From: a virus
IMG/VR virus record: IMGVR_UViG_3300037961_006825
Location: 1-64,000 of that record
DNA: 64,000 bases
Strand: one strand, 5' to 3'
The position numbers were made by a program, and so were the translations under genes. This document shows positions 28,671 through 38,682 of the stretch, piece by piece. Every line of letters starts with the position of its first letter. Within the stretch, counting starts at the first letter, position 1. The notes under the pieces are model-generated. The model was not told where the DNA came from, searched no databases, and was given only the letters and a program-made list of their open reading frames with translations.

Positions 28671-28840
28671 TAGCATATAAAGTAATTGTTTGGAGAATTT
28701 TTTCTATTATAGTTTGTACAATAACAGCTAGGATATGGTTTGGTGATTGGCATGCTACAGTTTTTGGAATTTTTATTAGTATTTTTTTAACAATACTACA
28801 TTATTTCTTTGAAAAAATATGGAACAGGTATATAATATAA
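28667..28840 (+). CDS. second DUF2061-like membrane protein, 57 aa (not in ORF track)
   Basis: ATGA coupling; KVIVWRIFS..HYFFEKIW parallels the upstream DUF2061 protein. Confidence 0.6.
   Translation: MIAYKVIVWRIFSIIVCTITARIWFGDWHATVFGIFISIFLTILHYFFEKIWNRYII
28821..28836 (+). promoter_or_regulatory. GGAAC-N5-TATAAT promoter
   Basis: TTGAAA upstream, GGAAC-aggta-TATAAT, 7 nt before ATG 28844. Confidence 0.55.
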
Positions 28841-28843
28841 AGT

Positions 28844-29434
28844 ATGATAATTAAAGATATTAAAGTTTATGATGGGCCGCTAATTCATAAAAGATTCGCT
28901 TATAACTTCTTTCGTAAAAATACTTTACCGATTGGTAATATAATAGCGTTTAGATGTCCGATGGATGTAGAAGTAGGCGGTATGATTGATCAAGAAGATG
29001 TATTGCAAAATGATTATATTCGTAGCGATGATGCGATGAATTTTTGTTGGGAGATCCCTAACTTAGATAAACTTGGAGCTGTAGCGTTTCAACGACTTTT
29101 AAATACTCAGATTGCTAATATTTTATCTTCAACATATATTAAAAAGCCTATTGAAGTAGATGGAGACGACTTAATGGTTCATCATGAGTTTACTGGTAGC
29201 GATGGTGAGTTGCGAGACGTTGGTAAATGTAGTGTTAGTATAACTTATTCAAAAGATAATGTTGCAATTGGTCATACAGGAATTAATATCGATGCAGGTC
29301 GTGGTGCTCCTCCTTTTGCTTATAGTACTAAGCTTACTGATGAGCAGGCTGAAAAATTTATGCAAGATGTTATAGATATTTTTTATGCAATGGCAGATGA
29401 TATGTTTATAGCAACTACTAAAATTAATCTATGA
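28844..29434 (+). CDS. DUF366-like protein (biotin/lipoate-ligase fold)
   Basis: YDG..H..FAY, MIDQED, QRLL, DGDDL, KCSVSI, GHTGINI. Confidence 0.7.
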   Translation: MIIKDIKVYDGPLIHKRFAYNFFRKNTLPIGNIIAFRCPMDVEVGGMIDQEDVLQNDYIRSDDAMNFCWEIPNLDKLGAVAFQRLLNTQIANILSSTYIKKPIEVDGDDLMVHHEFTGSDGELRDVGKCSVSITYSKDNVAIGHTGINIDAGRGAPPFAYSTKLTDEQAEKFMQDVIDIFYAMADDMFIATTKINL

Positions 29435-29793
29435 CGATATTTCAATATATAAATAGTTTACTTTATAGTAAAAAGAAAATAGATATGAACTGTGATGATG
29501 AATCACAGTTTAATCTTTTTATGGTGAATAGATGGAGTAGTATGTATTCTAAAGAAGTAGCTAATTATATAAACGAAACAAGCAATAAATTTTGGAGTTT
29601 ATTTGACGATAAACAAAATCAATACAAATATCTTTATAATATTTTACCAAGATTAAAGTATAAAAGAATACAATATATAAAGAAACTTAAAAAAGAAAAA
29701 GTTAAGAAACAAGACGAACCTATACTTCCGGAATTCATTTCTAAGAAAGAATATAAACAATATGTTGAATTGGAAAATATATTGAGTAAATAG
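29431..29793 (+). CDS. gp62-like clamp loader small subunit
   Basis: FNLFMVNRWSSM, QYKYL..P..K..YIKK pattern. Confidence 0.55.
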   Translation: MTIFQYINSLLYSKKKIDMNCDDESQFNLFMVNRWSSMYSKEVANYINETSNKFWSLFDDKQNQYKYLYNILPRLKYKRIQYIKKLKKEKVKKQDEPILPEFISKKEYKQYVELENILSK

Positions 29794-29797
29794 TAGT

Positions 29798-30259
29798 ATG
29801 GGACAAGTTAATATTGACGTTTTAGCTCCGCAAAAGAAAATAATTGACTTAGATGGAGCGCATAATGAAAGTTTAGATAATCTAATTACAGATGATTATG
29901 TATTAGATTTTATTTTCGATGATATCTTACTAATTGAATTTATCGATGAGGTTAATGACGGTGCAGGTGATGCAGTAATGAGAGGTGGTGTATATATACC
30001 TACCAATGCAATCCAAAGGGCGTGGCGCAAAGGTAAAATTATTTTAGCAGGTCCAGAAGCAAAATATGCAAAGAAAGGCGATGTCGTTGTTTTTCCTAAT
30101 AATTTAGGAGTTGGTATTTCAAATACTGAAATAGGTGGTTATGGACATTTACGTAAAGGAATCTTTTTAAATGAAAGTAGATTATTCGGTATTTGTAATA
30201 AAAAGGTAAAGGTAAATGAAAGTAAATCTCGCAAGTCTAAGAAACGTTCTACAAAGTAA
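29798..30259 (+). CDS. GroES-like co-chaperonin
   Basis: GGVYIP mobile loop, GKIILAGP..KKGDVV. Confidence 0.7.
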   Translation: MGQVNIDVLAPQKKIIDLDGAHNESLDNLITDDYVLDFIFDDILLIEFIDEVNDGAGDAVMRGGVYIPTNAIQRAWRKGKIILAGPEAKYAKKGDVVVFPNNLGVGISNTEIGGYGHLRKGIFLNESRLFGICNKKVKVNESKSRKSKKRSTK

Positions 30260-30593
30260 CGTTTGTGAAATAGTATTTGCGAAGAGAAGACCGAAACCAA
30301 ATGATTCTCCGACTCGTAGAATGCTATGCACATTAGATCAATCTATATTAAATAGTGTTAATGGTCGTATAACCTTAAACTTTAAACCTCCTTCTGGTCC
30401 TCCAAAGTATAATCCTGAATCTAAAAATTTATTACTTGTGTGGGATATTCTAATGCAAGGGTGGAGAATGGTAAGTTGTGATGATGTTGAAATAGTAAAT
30501 ACTATTCCTGGTAATGATGATTTCTGGACTTACTTTAACGAAAATATTTTAACAATGGAAGCTGATGAAAAACGTCAGTATATGGGTACATGA
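30216..30593 (+). CDS. SH3/WYL_2-like phage protein
   Basis: IVFAK..RRMLCTL, VWDI..GWR. Confidence 0.6.
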   Translation: MKVNLASLRNVLQSNVCEIVFAKRRPKPNDSPTRRMLCTLDQSILNSVNGRITLNFKPPSGPPKYNPESKNLLLVWDILMQGWRMVSCDDVEIVNTIPGNDDFWTYFNENILTMEADEKRQYMGT

Positions 30594-30928
30594 AGTTTGA
30601 GCGTATAGAAAAAGATTTACAAAATTTACTATTAAGAGATATTGTAATTTTTAATGATAAAAAGACCTTTAAAAGGGGTAAATTAATTATCTTTAAAGTT
30701 AAAGAATTTTATTATGTTCTAACTCTAAAAAATGAAAAAAATGAATTAAGAGAATATGAATTACCATACCCGTTCAAACATGAATGGAAAGAAGATCATT
30801 TAATTTTTGACTACTCAATACAAAACTTTCATCAACATAATCAATTTGTTGAATTTAAAACTAAAATATTCAAACCCTCTTCAAAGAATAAAATACTAAA
30901 TACAACAGTTGTTTTATCAGCAATTTAG
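30590..30928 (+). CDS. hypothetical protein
   Basis: 112 aa, ATGA-coupled. Confidence 0.65.
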   Translation: MKFERIEKDLQNLLLRDIVIFNDKKTFKRGKLIIFKVKEFYYVLTLKNEKNELREYELPYPFKHEWKEDHLIFDYSIQNFHQHNQFVEFKTKIFKPSSKNKILNTTVVLSAI

Positions 30929-30942
30929 TATATAATCATTAT

Positions 30943-32571
30943 ATGCTGAGTAAGTATCTAAATAAGTTTCCGCATAGGTATAATCCAAGTACGCAGCAAA
31001 TAAAACTAATTAAAAAGATTGAACATGCATTCAATCGTGGACATAAATTTGTTATATGCAGTGCACCTACAGGAAGTGGAAAGAGTTTTATATCAAAAAC
31101 TTTAGCTAATGTATCTAATGAACCAACTGAAGTGTTTAGAGATTTGATTGAAACATATCAAGCATTTAAAATGGATTCTGTTGGTAATTATACTAATGAG
31201 TTAGAATGCATGGATGAACCTCCATCAGGTGCATTTGCATTAACCATAACTAAATCTTTACAAGATCAATATTTGCAATTATTTAGTGATAGTGCGATAA
31301 TGAAAGGTAAAAGTAATTATACGAGTACTTTAGACCCTAATATAGATGTTGAAATGGAATCATCAGTAATGCCGAAAAAAGTTTTAGATGATCATAGAAT
31401 GTCTCATAAGTGTCCTTATCATAATGCACGTAACGCAGGTTTATTAGAAAAGTTTGGTGTACTTAATTATAAGATGTTTTTATCTTTACCTGATCATGTT
31501 AAACGTAAAAATTTTATTATATGTGATGAAGCATCTGAACTTGAGGATGAAATAGTAAAGCAATATTCAGTTTTCATTGATCCTGATAGATTAAAATTAT
31601 TAGGAGTTAAAGTACCTAATCTTTATTCAGTAAAGCAAGAAGCAGTGCATAAATGGGTATGTTCATGCATGGTATTAATAAGTGAGTATGTTAATACTTT
31701 AACTAATAGAAGTAATAATAAAAGAATAAAACTTAGTAATAGTGAAAATATTAAATTGACCTATCTTAAAAATTTACATCGTAGTTTAAACTTAATCGAT
31801 GATACTTGGGAAGAATGTGAGTATGTTGTTCAACGTGAAGGTAAAACAGTTAAAGTAATGCCTCTTAAAGTAGATGTATTATCAAAGTATATTTTTAAAC
31901 ATGCTGATAACGTATTATTAATGTCAGCTACTATTATTGATCATGAGCATTTTGCTAAAAGTTTAGGTATTACTCAGTATGAGTATGTAGAATCTGATAG
32001 TACTTTTGACCCTAAAAAAGCTCCGATATATATTAATACTAAACAAAAAATTAATCATTATAATCTTAAAAAAGTATTACCTAAGATAGTAAAGCAAATT
32101 GAAGATGTATGTCAAGAGCATGAATTTGAAAAGGGTATAATACATACACATACCGGATTTATTGCTTCTTACTTGCAGAATCATTTAACAAGTAAAAGAT
32201 TTCTTTATCGTGATCAGCATACACGTAATGAAGAAATATTAGAGCAGCATTCTAAAAGTAAAAATCCTACTGTACTGGTAAGTCCATCATTAGGTTTAGG
32301 TATTGATTTACGAGATGATCTTGCAAGGTTTCAAATTATTATTAAAGCTCCTTATTTACCTCTCGGGGATAATAGAATTAAAAAATTATTTGAACAAGAT
32401 AAGAAATGGTATACTAATAAAATGCTTAGTAATGTAGTTCAGCAATGCGGTAGAGGGATAAGAAGTAAACAAGATTATTGTACTACGTATATTTTAGATT
32501 CAAGTATATCTGATGCAATAATAAGGAGTAAAAAATATTTACCTAAGTATTTTTTAGAAAGGTTCGTGTAA
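30943..32571 (+). CDS. DinG/Rad3-family SF2 helicase
   Basis: APTGSGKS, LQDQY, DEAS, MSAT, GIDL, QQCGRGIRS. Confidence 0.88.
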   Translation: MLSKYLNKFPHRYNPSTQQIKLIKKIEHAFNRGHKFVICSAPTGSGKSFISKTLANVSNEPTEVFRDLIETYQAFKMDSVGNYTNELECMDEPPSGAFALTITKSLQDQYLQLFSDSAIMKGKSNYTSTLDPNIDVEMESSVMPKKVLDDHRMSHKCPYHNARNAGLLEKFGVLNYKMFLSLPDHVKRKNFIICDEASELEDEIVKQYSVFIDPDRLKLLGVKVPNLYSVKQEAVHKWVCSCMVLISEYVNTLTNRSNNKRIKLSNSENIKLTYLKNLHRSLNLIDDTWEECEYVVQREGKTVKVMPLKVDVLSKYIFKHADNVLLMSATIIDHEHFAKSLGITQYEYVESDSTFDPKKAPIYINTKQKINHYNLKKVLPKIVKQIEDVCQEHEFEKGIIHTHTGFIASYLQNHLTSKRFLYRDQHTRNEEILEQHSKSKNPTVLVSPSLGLGIDLRDDLARFQIIIKAPYLPLGDNRIKKLFEQDKKWYTNKMLSNVVQQCGRGIRSKQDYCTTYILDSSISDAIIRSKKYLPKYFLERFV

Positions 32572-33077
32572 TGAAAAAATTAAGACTTAATGAGTATATT
32601 GTTAAACCATATGAAAAAAAATATTTCGAAGAAATAATTGACTTATTTTATATTTTTAATCAATCAGCTAAAATACCTGAATATAATGGTATGTTTGAAT
32701 ATGATAATGAAGAAGAACAAAAAGAACATCTAAGAGGATGTTTTAATCAATTGTTAGAAGAAACTGAAGGAACTTTTTTAATAGTAGATACCTCAAATGA
32801 TAAAGTTTTTGGTTATACGTCTTACGGTCCTGATAATGGTGAAATTAATTTAACTTTAGCTTTTACGTCTCCTTTATATGTTTTTTGGACCGGTATCCGA
32901 GCTTATCAAAAATTAATTAATACTATTTGTATTTTTAAACACGTTGATAGAGTAGTTTCAAAAGTGTATAGAGATAGAGTCGGTAAATATATGGACTTTT
33001 TGCATCGTTATTTTAAAATAGAGGTTGAAGATTGTACTGATGGTCCTGGGTATCAAGTAACAATGTATAAGAATTAA
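32571..33077 (+). CDS. hypothetical protein, possible GNAT fold
   Basis: KVFGYTSY..INLTLAFTSP..GI pattern; weak. Confidence 0.45.
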   Translation: MKKLRLNEYIVKPYEKKYFEEIIDLFYIFNQSAKIPEYNGMFEYDNEEEQKEHLRGCFNQLLEETEGTFLIVDTSNDKVFGYTSYGPDNGEINLTLAFTSPLYVFWTGIRAYQKLINTICIFKHVDRVVSKVYRDRVGKYMDFLHRYFKIEVEDCTDGPGYQVTMYKN

Positions 33078-33078
33078 T

Positions 33079-34332
33079 ATGTGTGGTTTTGTTTGTACAA
33101 ATAAAGATTTAGAATATAGTAAATCGAATAAAAAAATTAAATCTAGAGGTCCTGATTTTACTAATTCAGTAAAGCTAGATAAGTTTAATATTGTTCATAA
33201 CCTTCTTGATATATCAGGATTAAAAATATTACAACCTATTACAAAAGATAATATAACTATTTTCTTTAATGGGGAAATATATGAACCGTATAATGAAGTA
33301 GAAAGTAAAACTATAATTCCTTTATATAAAGAATATGGAGAAAAGTTTATAGAAAAAATAAACGGTGAATATGCTTTAGTAATTATAGATCATTCAAAAC
33401 AGTTAATTTTAGCTTATAGTGATATTTTTGCAACTAAACCATTATTTTATTCAGTAAATGGAGATGATATTGGTATTAGCTCTTATAAATCTGAATTAGA
33501 TATATTAAAATTTAAAGAAATAAAAAGAATTAAACCATCCACTTACGTTAAAATAAATTTAAAAAATAATGAATATAGCGAATCTATTCATAGTAATTTC
33601 AATTTAGAAGAAAAAAATAACTCATATGATTCATGTATAGATGCTTTAAGTAATGCATTTAAAATAAGATGTAATAAACCAGCTGGCGTTGGGTTGAGCT
33701 CAGGACACGATTCAGGTGGCATATTAAAGTGGTCAGTTAATAATAAAAATAAAAATAGTTTCTTTTTTGTAGAAACTGATAATGAAGATTTATCTGTAAT
33801 GCAAGAAAGGTATAAAATTTGTGAAAATAATAAACTACCTTTACATTTAATTGATTATAAAAAAAATCTTACTTTAAATGAAATAATGGAACATAAACTT
33901 CTTGAACTAAAAATGGAAGAATATGAATTATTTAAAAATGAAGTTTCAACTACTTTAATATCTAAATTGCTAAGAACTGTAAAAGCTAAAAAATTAAATG
34001 TTTTTATATCCGGTCAAGGTAGTGATGAGATTTTATCTAATTATAAATCAGGACCTTTTGTAAAAAATTTACAAAAACAATTTCCATGGAAAAATTTTTA
34101 TGAAGGTGCTAATAGACATTTTATAGATCAATTAGAATATATTGGTGGATGTTATGGTATTGAAACACGCTACCCATATTTAGATAAAAACTTTGTTCAA
34201 GAATTTTTATGGCTTTCAAAAGAAAAAAAGAATGAAAAATATAAAAACGTTTTATCAGAATATTTAAATGATTTATCAGTTAGTGATATCAAGTATGGTT
34301 TTAGAATAAATAATATTAATGCAAACGTTTGA
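33079..34332 (+). CDS. asparagine-synthetase-like amidotransferase
   Basis: N-terminal MCG, RGPD, FNGEIY, LSSGHDS PP-loop, SGQGSDE, RYPYLD. Confidence 0.85.
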   Translation: MCGFVCTNKDLEYSKSNKKIKSRGPDFTNSVKLDKFNIVHNLLDISGLKILQPITKDNITIFFNGEIYEPYNEVESKTIIPLYKEYGEKFIEKINGEYALVIIDHSKQLILAYSDIFATKPLFYSVNGDDIGISSYKSELDILKFKEIKRIKPSTYVKINLKNNEYSESIHSNFNLEEKNNSYDSCIDALSNAFKIRCNKPAGVGLSSGHDSGGILKWSVNNKNKNSFFFVETDNEDLSVMQERYKICENNKLPLHLIDYKKNLTLNEIMEHKLLELKMEEYELFKNEVSTTLISKLLRTVKAKKLNVFISGQGSDEILSNYKSGPFVKNLQKQFPWKNFYEGANRHFIDQLEYIGGCYGIETRYPYLDKNFVQEFLWLSKEKKNEKYKNVLSEYLNDLSVSDIKYGFRINNINANV

Positions 34333-34837
34333 AGAATATTATAATGAACAAATGCTTAATGAAGGAAAAATAGGTAAAGCATTAGCGACAGGGGCGTTAG
34401 CTGCGAGTATGATGGCTGGTACAGCTCAAGGTGCTATTTTTAATAATAATCCGGGCAACATAAGAAGTTCACCGACTCAATGGAATGGTGAAATAACTAA
34501 ACCTGGAGAAGCATTTGAAAGATTCGAATCTATGCCATATGGTATTAGAGCGTCAGCAAGAATTCTTAGAACTTATGGTAGTAAATATAATATAAAAACT
34601 ATTAATCAGATAATTGATAGATATGCACCACCAGAAGATAATAACCCTAATAATGCTAATTATGCACGTCATGTATCCAATGGTTCAGGGTTTGGTGTTG
34701 ATGAAGAAATTAACTTAAACGATCCAGCAGTTTTAATGAAATTAATGAGACCTATCTTTGAATTTGAAAATGGTAGAAAAGAAGCTGATAAAATATCAGA
34801 TGAAGATATTCAAAAAGGTGTCAAGATGGCATTTTAA
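34319..34837 (+). CDS. virion protein with NNPGNIR lysozyme-like domain
   Basis: NNPGNIR, F..M.YGIRA, I.RYAPP, EFENG; leader MQTFEEYYNE. Confidence 0.7.
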   Translation: MQTFEEYYNEQMLNEGKIGKALATGALAASMMAGTAQGAIFNNNPGNIRSSPTQWNGEITKPGEAFERFESMPYGIRASARILRTYGSKYNIKTINQIIDRYAPPEDNNPNNANYARHVSNGSGFGVDEEINLNDPAVLMKLMRPIFEFENGRKEADKISDEDIQKGVKMAF

Positions 34838-35024
34838 TTTTTAAGGTTTTAACTTTACCTTTTCTTTGACCTTTGAATCCCCTAACTACTTTTGAATTAC
34901 TTGGTTTACCTAATTGATCATTTTGGTTTGTAAACTTACCAGGTAAAACTTTGCTACGTTTATTAGTATCTACTGGAGCTTTGAAATCTTCTAAAAACTT
35001 ATCAACTAAACCATTGAATTTCAT
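34821..35024 (-). CDS. small basic protein with MKF..FLE leader
   Basis: MKFNGLVDKFLE then K-rich. Confidence 0.6.
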   Translation of the reverse strand: MKFNGLVDKFLEDFKAPVDTNKRSKVLPGKFTNQNDQLGKPSNSKVVRGFKGQRKGKVKTLKIKMPS

Positions 35025-35047
35025 ATATAATTATTTATAATAGATAT

Positions 35048-35404
35048 ATGCGAAAATCTTTAAAGCTGAAATGTATAGTAACTGGAAAGGATAGTTTATT
35101 TTCCGGAGACTATCTTAAGAAAAAAATCGAAGAGTATGGTGATGTTGAATCATTAGAAAAATTATATGTAAGTAGAGACGTTAAAACGTTATTAAGAAGA
35201 GGTTATGGAATAAATGAAATAAGAAATATTCTTAATGTTAGTGAAGACGTAAACTTACCTGATAAAAATATTATTGATGAAGTTGAAAGTAAATTTAAAA
35301 TATCTGGTTTAAAATTACCAACATTTAACGATAATCTTTCCGGCTTTACATATAATAAGTCAGATAAAGAAGTTGAAAACTTTATAAATAATCATATAAT
35401 ATAA
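35048..35404 (+). CDS. hypothetical protein
   Basis: 118 aa; TTGAAT..TATAAT upstream. Confidence 0.7.
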   Translation: MRKSLKLKCIVTGKDSLFSGDYLKKKIEEYGDVESLEKLYVSRDVKTLLRRGYGINEIRNILNVSEDVNLPDKNIIDEVESKFKISGLKLPTFNDNLSGFTYNKSDKEVENFINNHII

Positions 35405-35406
35405 TT

Positions 35407-35628
35407 ATGAATTTCAACGTACGTATAGATGGAAGCAAGTTAATTATCTTTAATGTAGTTAACGGTGCTATACATAAAGTAATAAGCTTACCTACAGGAG
35501 CTACATATAGTGGTCCTATAGTATCAGGAGATGTAGCAACAGTTAGTATACATTACAAAAACGGTACTAACAGATCTAGAACATATAATTTAAAGACAGG
35601 ATCACTTAAGAGTGATATAGGAATGTAA
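35407..35628 (+). CDS. hypothetical beta-rich protein
   Basis: 73 aa, in operon. Confidence 0.65.
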   Translation: MNFNVRIDGSKLIIFNVVNGAIHKVISLPTGATYSGPIVSGDVATVSIHYKNGTNRSRTYNLKTGSLKSDIGM

Positions 35629-36140
35629 TGATAGATATTGCGTTAGTAGACGACCCTGTTGATATGGATAAATTTAAATTAAGAAGCATAGAAAAAGCTT
35701 CTTTATTCCTTGGATTTATTATTAAAAATAAATATGATGAAGAAAGATTATCTATTAATGAAATTTATAGTCCTGAAAAATTTAGTATTGGATATAAAGA
35801 AAATGATAATATAAAATTACTACCTCTCTATGGTATTTTTGTTAGTCTTAATGATCTTAGTAATAAGTTAAGTAAGTTAATTATACGGCAGGAGAGATAT
35901 GAGAGCGTAATGAATCTTAACATGTTTACCAATTTATTAGAAGAGTTTAATTTATCATGTAATGATAGTTATTGTCATTTTTATAAAGGTATTTACCCTA
36001 TTGATAATAAGCATTTTGATAAGTTAACTGATGATAGAATAGGTAATGATAAACGCATATTTCAACATATGCTTGGTCTAAATGAAAATAAATTCGATTT
36101 TCAAAAGTTTGGTAGCTTAAAACTACTACTTCTAACATAA
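35628..36140 (+). CDS. hypothetical protein
   Basis: 170 aa, TAATG coupled. Confidence 0.65.
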   Translation: MIDIALVDDPVDMDKFKLRSIEKASLFLGFIIKNKYDEERLSINEIYSPEKFSIGYKENDNIKLLPLYGIFVSLNDLSNKLSKLIIRQERYESVMNLNMFTNLLEEFNLSCNDSYCHFYKGIYPIDNKHFDKLTDDRIGNDKRIFQHMLGLNENKFDFQKFGSLKLLLLT

Positions 36141-36149
36141 TTATTATAT

Positions 36150-38408
36150 ATGAACGTATTGAAGAGAAATGGTGAACTTGTCCCTTATGATGTTGATAAA
36201 ATTCATAAGTCAGTAAATTGGGCAATAGGTGATATAAAAGGCGTAACTGCATCTGATATAGAGATTAATGCTAATCTTCAGAAAAGAGATGGTATGACGT
36301 CGACTGAAATACATAACGTATTAATTGATTCTGCAGCTAATCTAATATCTCTAGATAGTCCTAACTATCAATATGTTGCAAGTAGATTACTATCTGCTCA
36401 GTTACGCAAGGATGTATGGGGTGGAAAAAATCCTCCTAAGCTTTTAGATTTTATTAATAAAAATGTTCATGAATATGATGTATATGATGAAGATATTTTA
36501 ATGTTATATACTGATGATGAAGTTAATAAGTTAGATGAATACATTGATCATGAAAGAGATAATAATTTTACATATGCTGGTATGCGTCAATTGTGTGATA
36601 AATACCTTATTCAAGATAGAGAATCTGGTAAGATATATGAAACTCCTCAGTTTGCATATATGATTATTGCAATGGTATGCTTCGGTAAATATACTAATTC
36701 AGTTAGAATGAATTACGTAAAAAGAGCATATGATTATTTTTCTAAGTTCAAAATTAATATACCAACTCCTCTAATGGCAGGGGTTAGAAGTAAAATTAAG
36801 CAATATGCTTCATGTTGTCTTATTGACGTTGATGATACTCTACCTTCTATATTTTCTTCTTCTACTGCTGCAGGGTATGCAACAGGTTCAAGATATGGTA
36901 TTGGTTTAAATATGGGTCGTATCAGACCTTTAAACTCTCCAATAAGAAACGGTGAAGTTATTCATACCGGAGTTATTCCTTTTCTTAAGTTAATGGAATC
37001 TACGGTAAAGTCTTGTCATCAGAATGGCATTAGAGGGGGTTCAGCTACTGTTAACTTTCCTTTCTGGCATTATGAAGTCGAAGATATTATGGTATTAAAA
37101 AATAATTCAGGTACTGATGATAATAGAGTTCGTAAGTTAGACTATTGCATACAGTTCAGTGAATTATTTTATAAACGATTCTTAAAAAATGAAGATATAA
37201 CTCTATTTTCTCCATATGAAGCAAAAGATCTTTATGATGCTTTTGGTCATGAAAACTTTGATGAACTATATGAGCAGTACGAAAGAAAGACTAGTTTAAA
37301 ATTTAAAAAGACAGTTAAAGCAAGACAGCTTATGTCTTTATTTGTTAAAGAGAGAGTTGAAACGGGTAGAATATATTACATGAATATAGATCATTGTAAC
37401 CAAAGATCAGCTTGGGATACAGATGTTAAAATGACTAATTTATGTGTTGAAGTATTGCATCCAACTAAACCAATGCAACATGTTGATGATAATGATGCTG
37501 AAATTGGTATTTGTATTTTATCTGCTATTAATGTATTAGAGATACAATCTGATGCAGAAATGGAAAAGGTATGTGATGTGATTGTTAGATTATTAGATCA
37601 ACTTATTGACTATCAAGATTACTTTTTACCAGCTGCTAAAAACTTTACCCGAAACAGAAGATCATTAGGAGTTGGTATAACTAACTTTGCAGCTTATCTT
37701 GCTAAGAACGGTGCAAAATATGATGATGAAGAAGCACCGAACATTGCAAGTAACTTAATGGAAAAAGTTCAATACTATTTGCTTCTATCTTCAAATACTT
37801 TAGCAAAAGAAAAAGGTAAATGTCCTAAGTTTCATGAAACAAAATATAGTAAAGGATGGTTACCTCACGATACATATAAAACTGAATTAGATGAATTTGT
37901 AACTGTTAAACCATATATGGATTGGGAATATTTAAGAGAACAAATTAAAGAGCATGGGTTGAGACATAGTACTGTATCAGCTATTATGCCTTGTGAGAGT
38001 TCATCTGTCATACAGAGTTCAACTAATGGTATAGAACCAATTAGGAATTATATTACCTATAAGAAATCTAAAGCTCGTACGTTGCCTGTAATTGTACCTA
38101 ATTATCATCATTATAAGAATAAGTATACTTTAGCTTATGATATGGAAGACAATCAAGGTTTAATTAAAGTAGTTGCTGCTTTACAGAAATGGGTTGATAT
38201 GAGTATTAGTGCGAATCTTTATTATAATTATGCTCATTATGAAGGTGGAGCATTGCCTGATGCAAAAGTTATTAAAGAGCTTTTACTATCATATAAGCTT
38301 GGTTGGAGAACTGGATATTATCTCAATACTGATGATGGAGATAAACAAAGTAGTGCTGAAGAAATAAACGAAGAAGAAGGATGCGAATCAGGGGCATGCG
38401 CATTATAA
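36150..38408 (+). CDS. nrdA: class Ia ribonucleotide reductase alpha subunit with ATP cone
   Basis: VLKRNG cone, ETPQ, ASCCL, TNLCVE, GICILS, YY, CESGAC. Confidence 0.96.
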   Translation: MNVLKRNGELVPYDVDKIHKSVNWAIGDIKGVTASDIEINANLQKRDGMTSTEIHNVLIDSAANLISLDSPNYQYVASRLLSAQLRKDVWGGKNPPKLLDFINKNVHEYDVYDEDILMLYTDDEVNKLDEYIDHERDNNFTYAGMRQLCDKYLIQDRESGKIYETPQFAYMIIAMVCFGKYTNSVRMNYVKRAYDYFSKFKINIPTPLMAGVRSKIKQYASCCLIDVDDTLPSIFSSSTAAGYATGSRYGIGLNMGRIRPLNSPIRNGEVIHTGVIPFLKLMESTVKSCHQNGIRGGSATVNFPFWHYEVEDIMVLKNNSGTDDNRVRKLDYCIQFSELFYKRFLKNEDITLFSPYEAKDLYDAFGHENFDELYEQYERKTSLKFKKTVKARQLMSLFVKERVETGRIYYMNIDHCNQRSAWDTDVKMTNLCVEVLHPTKPMQHVDDNDAEIGICILSAINVLEIQSDAEMEKVCDVIVRLLDQLIDYQDYFLPAAKNFTRNRRSLGVGITNFAAYLAKNGAKYDDEEAPNIASNLMEKVQYYLLLSSNTLAKEKGKCPKFHETKYSKGWLPHDTYKTELDEFVTVKPYMDWEYLREQIKEHGLRHSTVSAIMPCESSSVIQSSTNGIEPIRNYITYKKSKARTLPVIVPNYHHYKNKYTLAYDMEDNQGLIKVVAALQKWVDMSISANLYYNYAHYEGGALPDAKVIKELLLSYKLGWRTGYYLNTDDGDKQSSAEEINEEEGCESGACAL

Positions 38409-38418
38409 ATACTTAAAG

Positions 38419-38649
38419 ATGGCTGATAAAGAAGAGAAACAGCCAGAGAATGTTCCTGGCAAATTCTACGTTGATGAACAATGTATAGATTGCGACATGT
38501 GTAGAGATCATGCCCCGGAGTTTTTTATGCGCAGTGATGATGGAGGTTATTCTTACGTTTATAATCAACCTAAAAATGATAATGAAATCGAATTATGTGA
38601 AGAAGCTTTGCAAGATTGCCCTGTAGAAGCAATAGGAAATGATGGATAA
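38419..38649 (+). CDS. single-cluster 4Fe-4S/3Fe-4S ferredoxin
   Basis: CIDCDMC..CPVEAI; TATAAATA at 38404-38411. Confidence 0.9.
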   Translation: MADKEEKQPENVPGKFYVDEQCIDCDMCRDHAPEFFMRSDDGGYSYVYNQPKNDNEIELCEEALQDCPVEAIGNDG

Positions 38650-38682
38650 TTTTTTAACTAAAGCTATAATAAATAAAGTAAT

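Noticed and set aside
33079-34332. Possible QueC or GAT-QueC
   Set aside because: Has AsnB motifs (GxGSDE, RxPYLD) and lacks the QueC C-terminal Zn-binding Cys motif
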